Of a stretch of DNA of 36,496 nt, positions 29,826 to 36,496 are shown one piece after another; within the stretch, counting starts at the first letter, position 1; the number at the start of each line of letters is the position of its first letter. The stretch comes from Candidatus Krumholzibacteriota bacterium (GTDB taxonomy: Bacteria; Krumholzibacteriota; Krumholzibacteriia; LZORAL124-64-63). The position numbers and the translations under genes were made by a program. The notes beneath the pieces are model-generated. The model had not been told where the DNA came from, made no database searches, and saw only the letters and a program-made list of their open reading frames with translations. The stretch lies in NCBI GenBank assembly GCA_039714075.1, contig JBDLKA010000027.1:1-36496 (forward strand). Direction: 5' to 3'.

Positions 29826-30717
29826 CAGTACATCCGCCGACGCTTCTGGAGATAGGCTCCCAGCCCTTTTTCAAAGGGGGTGTCGGTGGTGATCTCCACC
29901 AGGTCCACCAGCTGCCGGCGGCACTCCCGGCGCAGGTATTCCTGCCACTGGCCGAACCGCTGCCGGTAGCTTTCGCGCAGATGCGAGGGCTCCATCCGGA
30001 TGCGGCGGCCGGGCTCCTCCATGGCTTCGAATTCGACCTCGCCGTGGAAGCCGAGATCCATTTCGCGTGGGTCCAGGATCTGGAAGACGATGACCTCGTG
30101 CCCCTTGTGGCGAAAATGTTTCAGTCCCGAGATGATCCGCTCCGGGTCGTCCATCATGTCGCTCAGCAACAGGATCAGACCGCGGCGCTGGACACGCTCG
30201 GCCACCCGGTGCAGCACCTTGCCCAGGCGGGTGGATGAGCCGGCGGGAAGATCGTCGAGAACCTTCAGGACCTGGAACAGCTGTTTCCTCATCGAGCGGG
30301 CGGGCACCATGGCCAGGGGCGCCTCGTCGAAGGTCACCAGGCCGACGGCGTCATTCTGGCGCAGCAAAAGATAGCTGAGGGCCGCTGCCAGGTAGCCGGC
30401 GTAGGCTTTCTTGGTGGGGCGCGATTCATCCCCCGTGAAATCCATGCTGGCCGAGCAGTCCAGCAGCAGGGTGGCCCGCAGATTGGTCTCTTCGGTGAAC
30501 ACCTTCAGGTAGTGCCGGTCGGTCTTGGCATAGACCCGCCAGTCCAGGTGGGAGACCGGTTCCCCGGCGATGTACTGGCGGTACTCGGAGAACTCGGCGC
30601 TGAAGCCGTGGTAGGGGCTCTTGTGCAGACCGGTCAGGAAACCCTCGACCACCAGGCGGGCCACCAGATCGAGCCGGCCGAGGTGGCCGACGAGTTCCGG
30701 CGTCAGCAGGGGGCTGC

Positions 30718-30721
<4 letters not shown>
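29825..30721 (-). CDS. DUF58 domain protein (vWA-like)
   Basis: GLHKSPYHGFSAEFSEYRQY, DWRVYAKTD, LDCSASM, NDAVGL, LSD; follows moxR. Confidence 0.93.
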
Positions 30722-31701
<980 letters not shown>

Positions 31702-31967
31702 GAAAGTCCCTTTCGTTGCAGTGCCCCGCCCAAGCGCGGGTCCGGATATCCGATCAGCGGCTGAAGATACGATATCCCCGTCCCGGGGCCGCGTCCAGTC
31801 CTCGAAACGGGTGGGTTTGGAAACGCCGGGAGGACAAAACAGTTGCAGACAATAAAAATTTCTTCCCGGATGATGGCCGAAAGCCCGCTGCGGACATAAA
31901 TTCCCGGCACCAAAGACAGGAAAAACCACGCCGACCCGGGCCTCGCCGCCAGAACCGGAGGACCTCC

Positions 31968-33242
31968 GTGCACAAGCATCTCTACCGAACCGTGGAAAGT
32001 CTCATGGACCGGATCGACCATTCGGCGGGCGATGAGAAGATGTTGCTCGACATCCTGCAGCTGCTGGTCGAAAGCGACGACATGGCGGACTTCGGGGTGG
32101 TCAGCGGCCGGCTCTACCTGGAGAGGGAACGGGATTACCTGCTGATCGAAAGCATCAGCGGTCACGGACCACGGATCACCGGCAAGACCGTCAGCAAGGA
32201 CTACCAGGTGGTCAAGGACATCCAGCGGCGCCGGCTGTGGATCGTATCTCCCGAATCCCCGGGCTGGGACCCCGATCTGGAGGCCCAGTTCAGCGACGTG
32301 GACTCGGCGGCCATCCTCATCGGCCGCGACCCCTCCTACATCCTGAGCCTGGGCATCCGCCACCACGGCAGCGAGGACGATCTTCTCGTGTTGTTGGAGA
32401 CGATCCGGGCCTCGGTCGGCCTCAAGCTCCGCGAACAGGCCTACGTCAACCAGATGAAGCAGGCCCAGGCCATCCAGCACTCCCTGCTGCCGGCGCGCAT
32501 GCCCTCGCTCGACGGGTACGAGATCGCCGCGGTGAGCCATCCCGCGGCCGAGGTGGGCGGCGATGTCTTCGATGTCCAACGCGTCGAGGAAGGCGTGCTC
32601 GGGCTGATGCTCGCCGACGCCAGCGGCCACGGACTGCCGGCGGCCCTGCAGGCCCGCGACGTGGTCATTGGCATGCGCATGGGACAGGCCGAGAACGAAA
32701 AGATCACCGCGACCATCAGCCGTCTGAACCGCGTGATCCACCACAGCGGACTGACCAGCCGGTTCATCTCCCTTTTCTACGGCGAACTCGAGGAAACGGG
32801 CAGCCTGACCTATGTCAATGGCGGTCACTGCCCCCCCCTGCTGCTGAACAGCGAGGGCGAAGTTTTCGAACTTAAGGTTTGCGGCCCCGTGCTCGGCCCG
32901 CTGCCGGACGCGGTCTACCGGCGCGCCTACATCACCATGAAACCCGGCGAGACCCTGATCATGTTCACCGACGGGGTCACCGAAAGGGTGGACCCCGCCG
33001 GTGGTTCCGGCGAGGACGACATCGTGGAATTCGGCCGCCAGGGTCTGATAGACACCGTCCGGGGCTGCGGCAACTGTTCGGCGGAGGATTTGGTGGCGGA
33101 GATCGTCCGGCGCGTCCGGGAATTCGGGCAGGGGCAACCCTTCGAGGACGATGTCAGCGTGATGGTGGTGAAAAGGCTGGCGGCGGACAACTACCCGCCC
33201 ATGGAGGATTTGACCCTCGTCTCCCCGGCCACCAGGCGGTAA
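31968..33242 (+). CDS. PP2C-family Ser/Thr phosphatase (SpoIIE/RsbU-like) with N-terminal GAF-like domain
   Basis: IQHSLLP, VGGDVFD, LADASGHGLPAAL, NGGH, FTDGVTE, EDDVS; GGAGG RBS before GTG 31968. Confidence 0.92.
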   Translation: MHKHLYRTVESLMDRIDHSAGDEKMLLDILQLLVESDDMADFGVVSGRLYLERERDYLLIESISGHGPRITGKTVSKDYQVVKDIQRRRLWIVSPESPGWDPDLEAQFSDVDSAAILIGRDPSYILSLGIRHHGSEDDLLVLLETIRASVGLKLREQAYVNQMKQAQAIQHSLLPARMPSLDGYEIAAVSHPAAEVGGDVFDVQRVEEGVLGLMLADASGHGLPAALQARDVVIGMRMGQAENEKITATISRLNRVIHHSGLTSRFISLFYGELEETGSLTYVNGGHCPPLLLNSEGEVFELKVCGPVLGPLPDAVYRRAYITMKPGETLIMFTDGVTERVDPAGGSGEDDIVEFGRQGLIDTVRGCGNCSAEDLVAEIVRRVREFGQGQPFEDDVSVMVVKRLAADNYPPMEDLTLVSPATRR

Positions 33243-34897
33243 AGGGCCACGGTCCAGGGCTGGGGTTCGCTCAGACCCAGCCCCGAAATGACGCAGGTAT
33301 CCAGGAGTTCGAAACGGACGCCGTGGATGGTCTTGCCGTCCCAGCGGGGAATCCCCTCGCTCCGGTCCACGAAAAAATCCGGAATCCGGCCCGGCTCTCC
33401 CGACCGGGTGCCCGCCGTCAGCCAGGCGCCGCTGGTGACCATCTCCTCGAAGCCCATCTCATGGCCCAGTTCCATGATCCGGGGACTGACGAGTCCCATC
33501 AGGTCAAGCACGGTGCGGTCGCTGGCGAAGCCCAGGGCGCCGATATCCAGCGCGGCCACCACCGCGTCTTCAGGCGTGTTGCTCCGCAGCCAATCCCCCA
33601 GCTCGAGATAACACTCCCGCACTCCCACCGGAAACTGTCGCGTGTGCGGCAGGACCTGGCTGGTGAATACCCACCAATTCAGAACCAGGGTGGCCACGAT
33701 CGACACGAAAATGATGGCCCGGCCCGTCTTGCGGATGGCCACCGTGACGGCGACCCCCTGCATCAGCCATTCGGCCACCACGCTCAAGGCGAGCAATATG
33801 ACCGGAGCCAGGGGGCTGACGTAACGCGAAATGACCCAAACCTGCCGCACGGCCAACCCACCCAGCAGAACCACCGCCCAGGTGAGCATGATTCCCACCA
33901 GAGCCACCGGACCCCAGATGGACCAGGGGCCCGTCCCCACTTTTTCGGATCCTGATTCACCGGCCCGGCGGACCTGGTGATGCTCCTGGGCCTGGTCCCT
34001 GGTCTGGAAATTCTCCAGGTATTTGTGGCGTCTGAGGATCAGGATGATCAGAAGGAACAACCCGACCCAGATGATGCCCTGCGCCACAGCCAGGATTCCG
34101 ACGGACCGGTAGATGTAGGGAAACCAGACCAGGGGATTCAGGGAAAAGCCGACGCTCTTGGCGCTGGCGGTTTCCGGAACAATGCGGCCGAAGGAAAACC
34201 AGGCGTAAACCAGCCAGGGCAGAACAACCAGCAACCAACCGGATATGCAGGCCAGGACGGGCGCATGGGGCCGGGCCTGATGCCGCCCGGATCTGCCTTC
34301 CATCCCGCCGGCCCGGAAATACTCGAACCACAACAACCAGGGCAGCGCCAAGGGAACCATCACCAAGTACTCGGGGCGAACCAGTCCGGCCAGACCGGCC
34401 CCCACGCCCCAGGCCAGGTAACGGTGCCACATGGGACCGCTGGTCCGGCGGGACACGAGCGGCAACAGCAAAACCACCAGCAGGGCGGTGGCCAACGGTG
34501 TTTCCATGCCCGAAAACGCCCAGCGCAGGAACCACACGTCACTGACCACAAGCAGCATCAGGGCGAATTTCCAGTGGGGCGCGAAGGTCATCCGCTCGAT
34601 GACCGCGTCGGCAGCGAGGATGAGAATCAGGCCGCTGACGGCTCCCAGAACCCAGGCCGCGACCATGGGTCCGAGGCCGAGCTTCACCAGCAGGGCCAGA
34701 CCGAAAATCCACAGGGGGCTGGTGGCGCCGTAGGTCGGATCACCGGGATTGAAGGAGAATTCCCCTCGGTCGAGAAGGTTCTGCAGATAGCGGAGGTGGA
34801 TGAAGGTGTCGTCGGTGACATACCCGCGCAGCAGAAACCCCACCGTCCCGAATACCGCAATGGCGACAATCAATCGCAGGGCTCGGCTGCTTCTCAT
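33191..34897 (-). CDS. Polytopic membrane protein, GT-C-type glycosyltransferase-like
   Basis: DDTFIHLRY after TM1, FNPG...GATSPLW, SGMETPL, RPE, many TM helices, C-terminal periplasmic domain (DIGA...DLMGL). Confidence 0.75.
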   Translation of the reverse strand: MRSSRALRLIVAIAVFGTVGFLLRGYVTDDTFIHLRYLQNLLDRGEFSFNPGDPTYGATSPLWIFGLALLVKLGLGPMVAAWVLGAVSGLILILAADAVIERMTFAPHWKFALMLLVVSDVWFLRWAFSGMETPLATALLVVLLLPLVSRRTSGPMWHRYLAWGVGAGLAGLVRPEYLVMVPLALPWLLWFEYFRAGGMEGRSGRHQARPHAPVLACISGWLLVVLPWLVYAWFSFGRIVPETASAKSVGFSLNPLVWFPYIYRSVGILAVAQGIIWVGLFLLIILILRRHKYLENFQTRDQAQEHHQVRRAGESGSEKVGTGPWSIWGPVALVGIMLTWAVVLLGGLAVRQVWVISRYVSPLAPVILLALSVVAEWLMQGVAVTVAIRKTGRAIIFVSIVATLVLNWWVFTSQVLPHTRQFPVGVRECYLELGDWLRSNTPEDAVVAALDIGALGFASDRTVLDLMGLVSPRIMELGHEMGFEEMVTSGAWLTAGTRSGEPGRIPDFFVDRSEGIPRWDGKTIHGVRFELLDTCVISGLGLSEPQPWTVALYRLVAGETRVKSSMGG

Positions 34898-34919
34898 GGG
34901 CGAGGGGCAACTCCCTGGT

Positions 34920-36083
34920 TTATCTGAGGAACATCGGTAGATTCTGGACCCGCCGGATCACCGGCTTGTACTCGTCCACATCGTAGAAACGGTCCACTTC
35001 GACGCGTTTGACACCTTCGATGACCGAATTCAGCCCGACCGTGGTGTACTTGCCGTCCTGCAGGGCGGTCATCAGGCCGCTGGCCCCGTCCAGAAGCATG
35101 TCCATGGCCAGGTTTCCGAAATTCATGGCCACCATGCGGTCCAAAGCGTCGGGGGCACCGCAGCGCATCATATACCCTAATTGTTGATACGTAACGCCTT
35201 TTCCCGTCAATTTCTTGATTTTTTCCGCGGTCCACAAACCCACGCCGCCCAGCTTCTTGTGACCGTAGGCGTCCTCTTCGCCGGTCTCCATGACCTCACC
35301 ACCCAGGGGCACCGCCCCCTCGCTGATGGTCACCAGCGCATAGTGGCTGGGGTTTTTGTCCCGGTCCCCGTCGATCATCGCGGCCAACTTTTCGATATCG
35401 AAGGGAACTTCGGAGATGATGGCCCGGTCGACGTTGGCCAGATAGCTGGCGATCAGCGAGGTTTCCCCGCTGTTGCGCCCGAACAGTTCGATCAAACCGA
35501 TGCGCTCGTGGCTGCCGATGGGTGTCCGCAGGTCGTTGATGGCCTGGACACTGCGGGTGATGGCCGTCCCGAAACCGATGCAGTAATCGGTCCCGAAAAC
35601 GTCGTTGTCCATGGTCTTGGGGATGGCCACCTGGGGATACCCGGCCTGGTTCAGGCGGGCGGCGTAACTGAGGGTGTCGTCGCCGCCGATGGGAATCAGG
35701 GCGTCGACCTCGAGGTGCTCCAGGTTGGCCACGATGGTGTCGGTGATGTCGGCCGGATATTTCCTGTCCTTGGTGCGCAGGTGGACGGGCATGTCCTGTT
35801 CCCGGACCTTGGCCGGGTTGGTGCGCGAAGTGTGCAGGAAAGTGCCGCCGGTGCGGTCGATGGTGCGCACCTCGTTCCATTCCAGTTTGGAAACCCACTG
35901 GCGGTTCCAGTCTTCGTCGCCGTCGATGCGGTAATTGGCCAAACCGCCCCAGCCGCGCCGAAAACCCAGGACCTCGATGTCCGCCTTGTGGGCCCGGCTG
36001 ACCACCTGCTTCATGGCCGAATTCAGCCCGGGTACGTCGCCTCCGCCGGTGAGAATGGCAATGCGTTTGATCTTCCGCTTCAT
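34920..36083 (-). CDS. pfkA: 6-phosphofructokinase, PfkA family; signature predicts PPi dependence
   Basis: [47 protein letters not shown]. Confidence 0.93.
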   Translation of the reverse strand: MKRKIKRIAILTGGGDVPGLNSAMKQVVSRAHKADIEVLGFRRGWGGLANYRIDGDEDWNRQWVSKLEWNEVRTIDRTGGTFLHTSRTNPAKVREQDMPVHLRTKDRKYPADITDTIVANLEHLEVDALIPIGGDDTLSYAARLNQAGYPQVAIPKTMDNDVFGTDYCIGFGTAITRSVQAINDLRTPIGSHERIGLIELFGRNSGETSLIASYLANVDRAIISEVPFDIEKLAAMIDGDRDKNPSHYALVTISEGAVPLGGEVMETGEEDAYGHKKLGGVGLWTAEKIKKLTGKGVTYQQLGYMMRCGAPDALDRMVAMNFGNLAMDMLLDGASGLMTALQDGKYTTVGLNSVIEGVKRVEVDRFYDVDEYKPVIRRVQNLPMFLR

Positions 36084-36131
36084 GGGTGACGCTCCCGGGC
36101 TGGACCAGAAATGGTTAATGGTGTCATCGGC

Positions 36132-36160
36132 AAACTAACCCTACGGTCCGGGGCTGGCAA
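36132..36160 (-). promoter_or_regulatory. Putative sigma70 promoter for pfk
   Basis: TTGCCA-17 bp-TAGTTT, about 50 bp upstream of the ATG at 36083. Confidence 0.5.
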
Positions 36161-36216
36161 GTTCCCAAACGGACAGGGATTATCCGCGACATGGGCAGGC
36201 GCGCGCCCCCGCGGGA

Positions 36217-36496
36217 TCAGTCGGCGGAGGGAAAATCGCAGTGGCAGCCGTCGGCCAGAAAGGTCCCCTGACAGGACATCCGGGCCAACGCGACCACATC
36301 GTTCTCGGTGAGGCCGAAGTTTTCCATGGCCAACTCGTATTCCCGCGACAGGCTCGTGCTGCTGACGGTGGGATTATCCGTGCACAGGGCCACCTTGACT
36401 CCGGCGTCCAGGAAACGGGGCAGCGGATGCTCCTTCAGGCTCGGCACCGCCCCGGTCTGGAGGTTCGACGAAAGGCAGACCTCGAGATAGACTTCG
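36217..36496 (-). CDS. add: Adenosine deaminase family protein, C-terminal part (begins outside the window)
   Basis: LEVCLSSNLQTGAV, HPL, VALCTDNP, LSREY motifs of the ADA fold. Confidence 0.85.
   Translation of the reverse strand, partial: EVYLEVCLSSNLQTGAVPSLKEHPLPRFLDAGVKVALCTDNPTVSSTSLSREYELAMENFGLTENDVVALARMSCQGTFLADGCHCDFPSAD

Overview
GC-rich bacterial chromosomal window, almost entirely coding and almost all on the minus strand. It has no tRNA/rRNA, CRISPR array, integrase or transposase that I can see. In minus-strand transcription order (right to left): add (partial), PfkA-family phosphofructokinase with a PPi-type signature, GT-C-like membrane glycosyltransferase, [plus-strand PP2C/RsbU-like phosphatase], moxR-DUF58-BatA/vWA, nifU-nifS, mfd, two parvulin/SurA-type foldases, ftsE-ftsX-envC, holB-ricT-tatD-rsmA, an uncharacterised outer-membrane beta-barrel followed by two paralogous lipoproteins, a YibQ-type deacetylase, a DUF362 Fe-S protein, secD-secF, lysine-6/saccharopine dehydrogenase, a DUF4783/NTF2-like exported protein and a partial membrane protein. 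The gene set indicates a diderm organism; an FCB-group candidate phylum is my guess, not something the sequence proves. The most interesting unexplained signals are: (1) a structured ~190-nt leader with a terminator and a possible alternative pairing upstream of secDF; (2) a 56-bp inverted repeat that copies the last codons of secF; (3) the beta-barrel plus twin-lipoprotein module. Also seen: a near-consensus sigma54 promoter, an IscR-like box upstream of nifU, and a TATAAT promoter inside mfd. All family assignments come from motif recognition, not database searches.
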